From positions 8,370,001-8,434,000 of the forward strand of contig OZ286468.1 of assembly GCA_965644265.1 (NCBI GenBank): a stretch of 64,000 nt of DNA. Direction: 5' to 3'. A program made the translations under genes and the position numbers. The notes beneath the pieces were generated by a model. That model made no database searches. It was given only the letters and a program-made list of their open reading frames with translations, and had not been told where the DNA came from. Shown here one piece after another: positions 25,501-36,910 of this stretch. Positions within the stretch are counted from its first letter, which is position 1, and the number at the start of each line of letters is the position of its first letter. The stretch comes from Glycera tridactyla (taxonomy: Eukaryota).

Positions 25501-26989
25501 GTAGCCTATTAACTGGACAGTCTGATGTATTTGACAGGTATAAATGCCGAATCCCAGGCTCGTATATTATGTTTGTGATATGAGGATGCTCAGTGGTACA
25601 AAACCTGATACCTTGTTATTGCTCAGACTCTCTTGAAAGCAACATCTATCTATGACTTAATAAAAAATCCTCATGATTCAGGTCAAATACAGTTGCTTGC
25701 ATGTTGCTTTTATGCGAAGACATGGCATGCATCAGCTATGGAACGTCATTAGATATATATTACTCGATGTAGAAGATTCACGATGTAGAAGATTCACGGT
25801 ACTCACAGTCATAGTTTGAAAGTCATTCAGAAGCTTTCAGGGATGCCATCCGGCCCCTTTCGTCAGCTGATGGCACATGCATCATGGTAGCATCTATATT
25901 ACTGTTCCTGTTGCTAACAGAAAATATATTTGCTAGACCTTGTAAGTTGTAACATGCTCAACTCTCAAGTGGTCATTGTAATCATCGCCTGAGATTGCAT
26001 CCTCTTGTGACGATTCATATTCGGCTGCAAGTTTTTCATTTGTTTTGGACTGGTACTGAAATCTCTGTGACAATTACAGAATAAAGCAAAATTACCTTCT
26101 CATAACCGAGAAAACTTGCGATCTAGATACTTGAATGAAAAGGTTGAGATGTCAGTCTGAAGTCAGTAAAGCTTTGCTGTTAGCAGTCGATGTTAAATCT
26201 AAGTACGCCTTCTTGACTCTGACAACACTACATGACGGAGTCTGGCTTTATTGGCAGCCACATTACCCCCACTTTCTTCACGGTATCCTTCCCGGAAGCA
26301 CATGTTTCCGCAGGCATCAAACCCTGTTAGTCAAATTCCAACATCAAAGACAATTCAACTTTGATGCCTGAAGATGCATATCATACTTCAAAGCTGGTAC
26401 AAGTTTTGATTTCCTGGGAAATGATGTGCTATTCTGGGAACGATACGGTACCTGTTCATGTCGTTTCCCCTTTGTCTGGTAATCCTCTGTTACTGATGCC
26501 TCTCTGTCCGGGTTGGTATCTGATTGCCCCCTTTTCGTGATGTGATAAGTCATAGGCCCCATGCTCTTATGAGAATCAGTTTGTATCCAGTGAGGCTAAT
26601 TTTCAGGAAATTCACTGGAAAATTTGAAAATCTAAAGTTTTTGGAATCAGGCTGAACATTTCGAATCTGGTGCTTTTGGAAGTATATTGGCGTAATTTCA
26701 GAAAATTTGATCAGGTTTCAGGAAATTCTGTTTCACTGCCTTGGAATTATTTGTATCAGTTAGTCATTAAATTAAAAACCATGGATAGTATTTTTGTTGG
26801 CTTTTCTGGTGAGTTTGTTTATCTTGGGGGTACATATATATATATATCCTTGGTTACTGGTTTTCTTTAAGTGGAACCGACGCCAAAATGAATGTCCGAT
26901 TTTCTCAATTAATATGATATAATAGGTAATCTGACATATAACTATCCAGTCGTCCTCGCTGAATATCGACACATCATATCTTAATTCCA

Positions 26990-28330
26990 AAACGAAATTC
27001 GCGAAATCGAGATCCCAGGTTGTTTATTTACATTCGAGGCCGCCGCCATTTTGTGACGTATGACTAGGAACACATGGAGAAGCCGTCTACCGGCGAATAA
27101 CCCGAGTAAAGCCAATGGTGATCAGGACATCGTATAGGAAAAACATCCCTGCGCCTCGAATATTTGGTATTTGTGTTAGAAACGTGGCAAATGTGTGGGA
27201 AACATCCTAACAAACGTGCTCGCCATCTTGGATTTGCGACAGAATCAGTATTTGTTCAATTGGAATAGACGTAACACGAAATTCACGGGATGAAAGGGCG
27301 CCATTGAAGAACATCTTGCCATACTCGGCCAGAAGCGTTGTGCTAGAACGATCGCCACACGTTTACTATCATGATTGAAGTCGCGAAAAATCGGCAGAGT
27401 ACTGCATAATACCTACATGAACGTGTCTGACGATTCGGATTCTTGCACAAACGTTTATTTTCCTCACAAATGGAGGGTGAAGTCACATCGATGGCAGCGA
27501 GAAAACTGCATATCATGCTCGCGAGGAAGAAGATCGCCGAGAGGAGCCGGAGTTAAAAAGGGGCGTGGCTTAGCAGCCGAAAGCGCACGCGTGCGCGTGA
27601 AAAAGCGAGCCGAACATTGCCGAAGCTGATTCGGCCAGTCTCGGCTCGATCTGGAAACGAGGCTGCGAAGCAAACATGGCGGCTCCCGAGTGCTGAAGAC
27701 TTCGTTTGCAGTTGATTATATCTGGATTAAACATCGCTTAGCTGCTCAAACTAGACGAACGATACACCAAACGCTTGTATGATGACTATTTCACCATCAC
27801 GATTTTTCGTATAACGGGATTTGACGTATAAGTCGTGTATTTCGCTGTGCAAATGTGCGAGAGTAGTTGTCAATCTGCAAGACAAGAGTTTCGCCGATTT
27901 TCGGCCGATAATTCGTCGTTCAACCTCGTGTTGTGAGAGAAATACGTTTCCAATCGTGAATCCGTGAATACCATCGCATTCGCAAAGGAGTTCTTCATGA
28001 ATATGGCGAGTTTGACAATTCTATCTTCGAAATTGGCTTTGTCAGAATTGTTTTTCGTACACAATGTCTAGCCTTGACAGGCTTTCTCCATGTATTTCGC
28101 GTCGCGCGAAAGCTCCATGTGTTCCTAGTACTACGTCACTTCCGGTTTCCTGCTCATCGCTGGCTACGAAGCCGTGAGGAGAATTCGTCAAAACATCCAC
28201 TGTTTGTGTCAATTATTCGATTAAATGCGAACTCTCGTCTAGAAATCGTCAAGTTTATCGTATAGTATATGTATTACCCTTGCTATTCGTGCAAAGCGGA
28301 CCCGTAGGTGTCGCTGACACTTTAACAGTT
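26990..28330. promoter_or_regulatory. Intronic CpG island with housekeeping-type promoter motifs, probably bidirectional
   Basis: Sharp rise in CpG density. YY1-like GCCGCCATTTTG (27042) and AACATGGCGGC (27673), CCAAT (27112), CTCGCGAG (27518), GC-box GGGCGTGGC (27561), palindrome GCGCACGCGTGCGC (27583-27596, NRF1-like), ETS-like CACTTCCGGT (28137), and TGACGTA at both ends. Confidence 0.7.
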
Positions 28331-31300
28331 TGCGGCAATCCTTGTTTTTAACCTCCAGGCTTATCTTCCAAGTTTGACATCGAAAAAGAAAATCAATATC
28401 TGAAAAATTTACAAAGTTTGCGGGGACTGTATAAGCTGGTGCATATTGTGTTAAACCTCATCAATATAGGATATACTTAACTGCCTCCTGCACACTTGTG
28501 TGTCCTTGGCAATTCTCTCATAGAATGGCTTCGAAAAATATGGTGAGAAAGGACAATATAATCCCTCATCGGGAATTTCCTATATGTACGCAGTTCAAAT
28601 AATGCATCAGTAACTCACATATCAGTATGTACTCCAAATATTTGTTTGGTGGTGGCATCTTCAGAGGTTAAATTACCTGTCAAATATCAGTAGACTAAGG
28701 TTTTTCTCAGTTTTGGGTGCACACAATAAGCTATCAAAGATGGCAGCCAACTTGTCCCAGATGTCCGCTTGCCTTGCATTGGCAGATACAGTACCAGTGA
28801 TGGCAGATATTGGCGAAGGTAGTTGTCTGAAGGCAGTTGTTGGCAGTTGTTGAGGAAGGCACATATCCATGACTGTAGGGACTGCTGTGAGTTAATGATA
28901 ATTCACATAAACTGCTAGCAGCACCTGGGGGTGTACAATTGTACTACACATATTCTCTGCCATCTGATGGGGTATGTGGTTAAAATTCAGACTGTCATCT
29001 GGTGGATCATTCGAGTAAACCAGTTATAGCCTCTCCTTGGCATAGCTTTCCATTATTTTTGACATGCCACTTTTCCAGATGCCTCTTTGGTGTAAATTTC
29101 CTCGAAACATTCCTGCTGTTTGTAGAAACTTTGAAAGAAAGTCTAAGAGATTTTTTTTCTAGAATAGTGTCTGTATCGATCTTCAATAGTAAATAGAGGC
29201 AGTCCTCTGGCCAAGGTGGCAGGTCAATCTCGAAATGTACCAGCGTACCTCAGAAGTTGCGCCCAAAATACTAACCCAATACCAGATATCTGATTTCCCT
29301 CCATCCGGCAGTGAATGCTATAAATACTTCCCGTCTTTTCCTATCTCAGAATTCTCACATTGTGCATGATATTCTGGACAAGTGGATTCAGTATGGACGT
29401 CACACATGGATTATCATGCATGTGTGAATTTCTTTAGATTTTCATCAGACAGGAGAAGTGGTCTCTGGAGACTTTCCCCATGCTGATTGCATGGGCTTCA
29501 CTGCATGGGTACTGCTTCTCATTTCATTCATCTTGATCATTGTAAATGGGAGCTAATAAATGACTGATACATTTCTTTGCTGCATCTCCCTCTTGTTTTT
29601 GTGATATTTCTTTTGTTGGAATATGTTCCTTGATTGTTGGACATTTATCTGTAGACAAAGTGATACCATGCTGCCATTCTGTTCTTTGAATTTTTCGTTC
29701 TTTTCCTGGTTTTCTTTGTGGAGGAAGATGGAAGCATCAGACCATCAGTCATGTCTGCATCCAGTCCAAACTAGGGTAGAGTGAGAGTAGGGGGGTTTCA
29801 AAGTTGTTGCTTTGTTCTAGCTAGGTGTCGCTTGCCAAACTTGTCTAGTATTTGTTAATGTGTCAGGTAGGCTCCTGTATTGCAAGATCTGATTCTTTTG
29901 TCAGGAATCCCTGCTGAGCAATGGCCAATTTACCTCCCATCATATCGCATTTATATCTCGCATCTGTATACACGATACACATTCTAGGAACTTAAATCTA
30001 GTATAGTTCATTACACATGCACCACAAACCACTGCACAAAGCTTTCATCAGCTAGATCAGAATAAGCCTAGAAAGTGTATTATAGCACTTGATTTCGAAA
30101 ATCAGTGGTCCATGTCCAAAATCGATGAGCAGGTGTCTGTTAGTGTATGTTATAGTCCACATGGGGTACACATTTGACTTTACAAACGACTTGTACTGTG
30201 TATTTTGTCTCAGTGCTTCTTTGGCATTTTCTTGACATTGTTGTCCTGGTGTCTGTCTGTACCTCATTTCCCATCTGATACTCTCTAGTGTGTGGAGGCT
30301 TGAATGATGTTAAATGTTGTCTTTACTTGAATGATCCCTTACCTCGGTGTTAAGAACTGATGAGAAAGTCATTGGGTGACTCCTGTCGACTTAATTGCAT
30401 CATGAAATATTCAACAAGATTTTCCCTATGTGATCGCCTTCCTTGAATTTTGAATCGAGGATGTTGAATGTTTCATATTCTTTCTCATTTATGTATCATT
30501 TCCACTAGATCTGTGCATGAATTCAATTTGATTCGGTGATTGCATCGGGAACATATTGTGAATGTTTTGTGATTATCAGACATTAATGCTAAATGGTGGT
30601 TTGACGGAAATGAACGGGAGATAATGAGTGCTATGGTAGATCTCAGTCAATAGTTCCATCTTATTGACTCATTATTGATAGTGATGTTTGTGATTAGCAC
30701 ACATTTCTTGATGATGGTGTTGATGATGATGGTAGAGGTGGTTTTGTAGACTTGCGCACCCCGTGTACCGTATAGTCGTAGGTAGATGTGCTACTGTACG
30801 CAGCTTCAACCCCCCCTTCTGTCCCGCCTGACCGTCCCCACCCCCTCATCATTAAGTGTCAGTATACACACACAGGGCCAGTGTGGTTGTTCTCTGTCTA
30901 TATATTCATACATCTAGTTGTCGTAGTGCATGCAGGGTGTGCAGCTCATGTTTATTAAATAACCATGCAGCCGGTATTTGTTGATAATGCAGTTCCATCT
31001 TTTCGTCGAGACACCTCTTGTCAGCCATCTTCTCGCCCTCTTAGCATCTGCTAGATGAATTGGGACTGAAAAATTCAAATCTGAACAAGACGCTAGTCAC
31101 ATTGAAACCATCTTATCTGAAATGTGTCCCATTTCACGTTTCAGAAAAATACATATTTTGAAAAATGATTTTGACATTGCAATAGAAACTTTGGTTTAGA
31201 TGTGTTGCATTTAGGGTAGATGGCTGACTGGAAGTGACCTCTTGATGAAGGATGGAACTGATCATTTGATAAATTTGAATATGTGTTATTGTTTTTGTTG

Positions 31301-34300
31301 CATTGATTCCATCCTGATTCGGGCCAGTTACTGACATGGTGATGGTTTTTATAGCTACCGTAATTTGTTTTGTACAGGATCCAGCTGCACATGCCCATTA
31401 TCCATAGAGTTGATACCAATGGTGAATTTTGATTTCAAATGAAGTGCCTTTTACCCGGGTATAGAACCTCCAACTGGCATTACTTAGGATTATCTGTATC
31501 CCTTAAAAAAAAAACACCATTTGTATCACCATTGTGATAGCATTGAAGATAGGATGGATGTGTGTCTGGCAGGTGCAACTGGGACTTTGTATGGGCAGGG
31601 TGCTATGACCCAAGTACATGGGACTCAATCATTTTATGATATTGTCAAGATGTATTGGAAAGTGGAGAAATGATCCTGCTAAATTCAGACATTTTTCATA
31701 CAAAGATATTCAGATAATCCTCCCAGTGTTCGGTTGTATACCACAGCAGCTTCACCTTTGGCCTTTGACCTATATCTAGAGCAGGTGTATTTAAGTGTCC
31801 CCACATTTAATCTTCATATTTGATGTAACACACACACACACCTGAGCCTAATCCTGGCTTATACCCCGAGGACACAAGAGTTCATTCATCAGTCAGGCCT
31901 GTCTTGTAGCCTGGTGGGCTGCTCTATCAAATATCAATAAGGACACTCGAACTGCATTCTACCTAAAATTCAGGGGATGCACATAGATGTGTGTGAACTC
32001 TACACTAATGGTTGCCCTCCTGGCACAGGCTGGCAGATTTGCTTTCAGAGCAGGTGATTTTATCGATCTGCCTGCCCGATGGGCGGGTACTCACTCAACC
32101 ATCATTTAAGCCATGAATTTATGCATGCGGGCTGGTGAAAATGACAGGGAGGGCAGGTGAATATCACACTTCACCTGCTGGAAGGACAGATGAAGAAAAA
32201 AGTTAATGTAGAGCCCTGGCACGATGCAGAACATGCAGCTTCTACAGATGAGGAACATATGGCATAGTCAATCCCGTGGGTTGATACATGCCTTCAAACC
32301 TCAACCAAATAGCTGACCAATCAAATAGCTAACCAGATTTTATCCAATGTCAAGGTCTTGAGGTAGGGGATGAATAGTCCCAATTGTTCTACCCTGCGAT
32401 AGTGCACTTAAGTCCCTTTATGGGTAGTGCTGAGGACATGATCATCTTGAAAAATGGGGAATCCTAAACATTATTCCCTCATCGGTAGGAGTGTTAGGAG
32501 TTGGAATCTGAGTTGTTATGATCTTTAGAAAACTGAATGTCCACAACATGGAACCCTTTTCCGATATTATACTAGACCCTAGCAGGCCATGGAAAATATG
32601 CCTGAATAATAATGAATCTATACAAGCAAGCTGAAGGTCGGGAAAACGGAAAGCCGCAGGTGGCTGATTGGACGGAGAGATGGATATCAAACAAATGCAG
32701 CAAGGTGATCTTAGCACAAGATGGATGGGAGAGGTTGGAAGGATGGCAAGTACAGGGACGGTTTCTCTGAAAATATAGTTCCACCTCGTAATGAAGCCTG
32801 ATCTCAGAAATGCTCTCTGCTGAGCGGACCTGCTCCCATTTACGGGGCTCCTGTATATTAGTGTAATGAGCCACTGGCCAATTTGGCATTCTTGCATTTA
32901 TTTGGTCCTAATTAGATTACGGCTATCCATAATAAGCCGGAATGAGGTGGCTGGTATGGAGAGACACGCAGGCTCTGTATCGGCCTGCTGTGGTATACGA
33001 TCGGAAAACGGGCCGCAAATGGGTCCCGTGGGATATCTCAAATGACTTCAACATTCTCGTTTTAACGAGGATCTCAGATCAATCTAATTCCGAGAGTTGC
33101 TGATGCTGATTTTGAGGCTTATCTAAACTTGTTAAGTGGTGCATGTCATTTGCTTCTTCGATAACATTTCCTAATCAACCCTTCTCATTCCTGGGTTTAT
33201 ATTAAGTCCTCATTTTTCCTATCAAAATATAAAATTGTGCATTTGATTTGGAGTTGATATCATATTGACTCAAAGACAGGGAACTTTCCCCATCAGAGTT
33301 AGTTCTGAAATTGAGTGTTTAAGATCTGTTTAGAATGATGTGCTGTTTTCTCAGTATGGATATTCTCTAGGATTATTAGATCATATATTCCTACATGTTT
33401 GTTTACATATTTTTGAAGATTGTGTATTTATAGATTATTACTTGTTTAAAGTTGAGACGTAGCTGCTTGATATTCATGATCAATTCTTGTAAATGATATG
33501 TATCTAAGTTAAGTTGAAATATTATAATTGAATAGTGAATAATGAAAGTCTGAGATTATTTTGAGATCAATTAACAGTGCTATCAATAATGAGATTTTTG
33601 ACACTTATTGAAACATTTTTCAAGTATATTTATCTGAGAAATAATGAGAATGTTTTTTGTGAAATTTGAATATATGTATTTGTTATTTGTTATGCATATT
33701 TGATGACTTGTCACCATTTTATGACACTGTTTACTTGTCTTTTTTTGTTGACTTTTTCAGATTTCCATGTTCTGTACTCCGTTGGATTAATGATATAGAG
33801 GTCAACAACATCATTCCTGGAATGCAAAACATATCAAAAAGAGAGAGCCTGTGTTTGGACCATCTTTCTCATATGTTGACTTCAGTGGTCAGATCTCAAA
33901 ATGCTAAGACAGACTTTCAACCATATTGTCTTTCATATATTACGAATAGGCCAGAATAGGCCAGAATAGGCCAGAGCATATCATCAGTGAAATTGATTCA
34001 CTATGGAGATTCTGGATTCACTTACCACACCTATGCTGAAGACATTTTGTCAGCATCAATAGATATTTATCCAAGTCCAGTGGGGTACAGAATGGCCTGT
34101 ATATGCTCGAATACTCCAGCTAAGCGAGTATGTACGTATGTATTTGTGGCCTTTTGACTTCACTCTTTCACGTGTATTCTCCAGCCGTAATCCTCCTCTG
34201 GAGACACTTGATTTACTCAACAAAATTCCTTTGAACGGAAGAATACCCTGCTTCTGTATTTGAGCATATACATCATGTTTCATGTCTCCAAATGTGTCCC

Positions 34301-35159
34301 TGCATGAATCGAAGTGACTGAGTATCTGAATCAGATTGATTGATTGAATAATTGACTGACTGTGCTGGATGAATCAATGAAATGTCTTGAGTCTTGTCTT
34401 GTGAGATGAATAAAAGTGGGCAATATTCAGCCTTCAACTCTATACCACAACCCAATCATAGTTTTGACAAGGAAATAGCAAATATGTTCTGAAATTTGAA
34501 CAAATCGGCTGCAATAAAGGAGGTCAACTGGGATCTCAGTCACCTGCACGGCCATGTGAACACGAGCGATTATCAAACATTGCCGGAAGATCATTAGACG
34601 TTGTCGATGTCCTGAAATAGAAGCGGCTTCCGATTGTTTCATCGGCTGGTTGCTTATAGAGAGAAGCCTGCCAGCCAGCATATGGAAGCGAGCAAATATG
34701 GCGGGACTCCTTCACTAAGCATGAGAAACATCTCAAGAAGGACCCAGAAGCTGTCAATTGCACTTGGGTTGTGTCATTGAGTGACATGGTCAAGCACGTG
34801 TTGCATTTAGTGAAATGGTCCTCAGATTATGATCAGGCCCAGTGTGTATCAGTAACGATGGCTGTGCTAAGGATAATATCACAGATTGGGGATCGGGTCG
34901 CCTTCATTAATTCAGTCCCAAACTTGAGCTTGAACCCTGTGCTTTCCACTTGTGTACAGTGACCTTGCCCTACCACCAGTATATTACCCAGGATTCCTGT
35001 GTGGCACTAATTCTTGTTGACAAATGTGGGGCAGGCAGGTGAACTGCGACTTTCACTCGTGCCAAATAAACAATTTTGAAAAAATTACTAAATATTTCTT
35101 TACGAGGTTGTCTCACCTTACCTGATGCTAGGTGGAATTAACTTACAATATTGCCAGTC

Positions 35160-35292
35160 TGTGTTTGTGTGTGTGTGTGGGGGGGGGGGGTATGTGTCTG
35201 TATGTGTATATTTATGTCTCAGTTTGTCTGTTTGTGTCTATATGTTTGTCTGTCTGTCTGTGTTGGGCCATATCATATCTGTCCAACTATCC

Positions 35293-35324
<32 letters not shown>

Positions 35325-35400
35325 GTGCATGCCTGCTGTGGGTATGTGTACATGTGGGTGTGTGTGTGCACGCATATGTGCGTGTGTATTTGTGTGAGCG
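35160..35400. repeat. (TG)n-rich tract just upstream of exon 5a
   Basis: Long GT dinucleotide runs ending about 95 nt before the 5a acceptor. Confidence 0.9.
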
Positions 35401-35493
35401 TGCAAGCATATGTTCTGTAAAGTGTGAATGTGTGGGGTGCTTCCATCTCCCACCTGACTCCCATATTTGGGTATATTACCTTGACCCATTTAG

Positions 35494-35637
35494 GTGAAGA
35501 TTCAGGGTGGTCACGAGGACATGTTGGCTGCTGCTTGCCAAATGTTCATGGGCAAACCCGAGGAGGAGATTCGTCAGATTGCCACGGAAACGCTTGAAGG
35601 CCATCAGAGGGCCATCATGGGCAACATGACAGTCGAG
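35494..35637 (+). CDS. FLOT1: FLOT1 exon 5 variant a (144 nt): [48 protein letters not shown]
   Basis: Acceptor ttgacccatttAG, donor gag|GTagcc; 48 codons, phase 0-0; homologous to FLOT1 residues 71-118. Confidence 0.95.
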
Positions 35638-36766
35638 GTAGCCATGTCTACTAGGCCAACCCTATCCCATCCTGTCTCTCCTCAGTGTTGTGTGTTTTAG
35701 TTACCATAGCAATCAGAACAAAGTCAGGTCACCGGCTGGTTTTTTGCCACAAACTACATACATGTGTTTTGTTGAGTTGTGGTTCTGTTGCGAAATAATT
35801 TTGGCGGTGTTATTCTTTGAGCTATCCTTCTGTTGGTTTTTTGGATTGAAATAATAGGTAACCGGTTTTGGCTTCTTAGATTTCAGCCACTGGAACTCAT
35901 TGTTGTTTGGCTTGCCTTCTCGAACTAATTGTCCCTATTGGGCCTGGAATTTCTGTAGATTTTCATGTCTGGATTCACCTAGATGCTTTTTGAAATTAGT
36001 GTTTTATCACCGTTTTCGGAGTGACCTTCCTTTCTGCTGGTTGTACATGGACACGATTCCGATGTTATCTCCACCGGGTGCTGGTGTCAAAAGACGTCGC
36101 AGAATATTGTTGAGTCAGAAGAGCGCCATCTTTAATGAAGAATTGGAATCTCCTCCCCATCTCCATGAACTAATGAAATTGTTTGTGTGTTTCAAAATTT
36201 CACTATGTCTTCAAATTGGACTTATCTTGCTGAACATCAGTTCATTATCCTATGAAGCCCCTGATGCCTTAGAACAGGGTGCAACAGTTTTCCCTTTGAC
36301 CCTTCACCAGGTGATATTTCTAATAATCCGAGTGAAGGCTATCAGAAATCACTTTCGAAATCGCATCATTTTGATCATTATGTGGACGCTGCTAGATATT
36401 GTGATGATATTTGTTCAAGTTAGTCTACTCAGATCTAAAATTTCACCTAGATACATTTTTACCTGACACTCATGTGCGCCGCTGCCAAAAACTCCTGTAA
36501 ATATCTAGATGTGGTCTATCAAATATCATGCAATATTTACTGGATGGTCACTTGATCCACCTCACCGGCGGGAGATAACAGCAAGAATTTTGTGGTAGGT
36601 AGTCCCTCTTTCTCCACAGACGATCGATCGAAGATGTGCGGAAGTTCGAAAACAAGATAGGGGAAGGTAACGTATAGGCGCTGCGTCGCCGATGCGAAAC
36701 TGCCAGTATGGCAGGCGGGGCGAGCTGCGAGCATGATGTTAAGCGTCTGGCGGTGGTACGTTTCAG

Positions 36767-36910
36767 GTTAGAATACAAGGCCAAAGTGTGGAAATGCTTG
36801 AGACGGCCTGTCAACAGTTCCTCGGCAAGACCGAGACCGAGATTCGTCGCATCGCCCTCGAAACGCTAGAAGGCCACCAGAGGGCCATCATGGGAAATAT
36901 GACCGTAGAG
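36767..36910 (+). CDS. FLOT1: FLOT1 exon 5 variant b (144 nt): [48 protein letters not shown]
   Basis: Acceptor gtacgtttcAG, donor gag|GTagtg; 35/48 aa identical to 5a; absent from the ORF track. Confidence 0.94.

Noticed and set aside
32440-32800. Protein-like + strand stretch (NLYKQAEGRENGKPQVADWTERW...)
   Set aside because: Interrupted by stops and a frameshift, with no recognisable family.
35125-35497. Cys/Val- and His/Thr-rich ORFs
   Set aside because: (TG)n dinucleotide repeat.
35900-36466. 188-aa + strand ORF between exons 5a and 5b
   Set aside because: Non-ATG start in the track, no recognisable domain or splice context; treated as a chance ORF.
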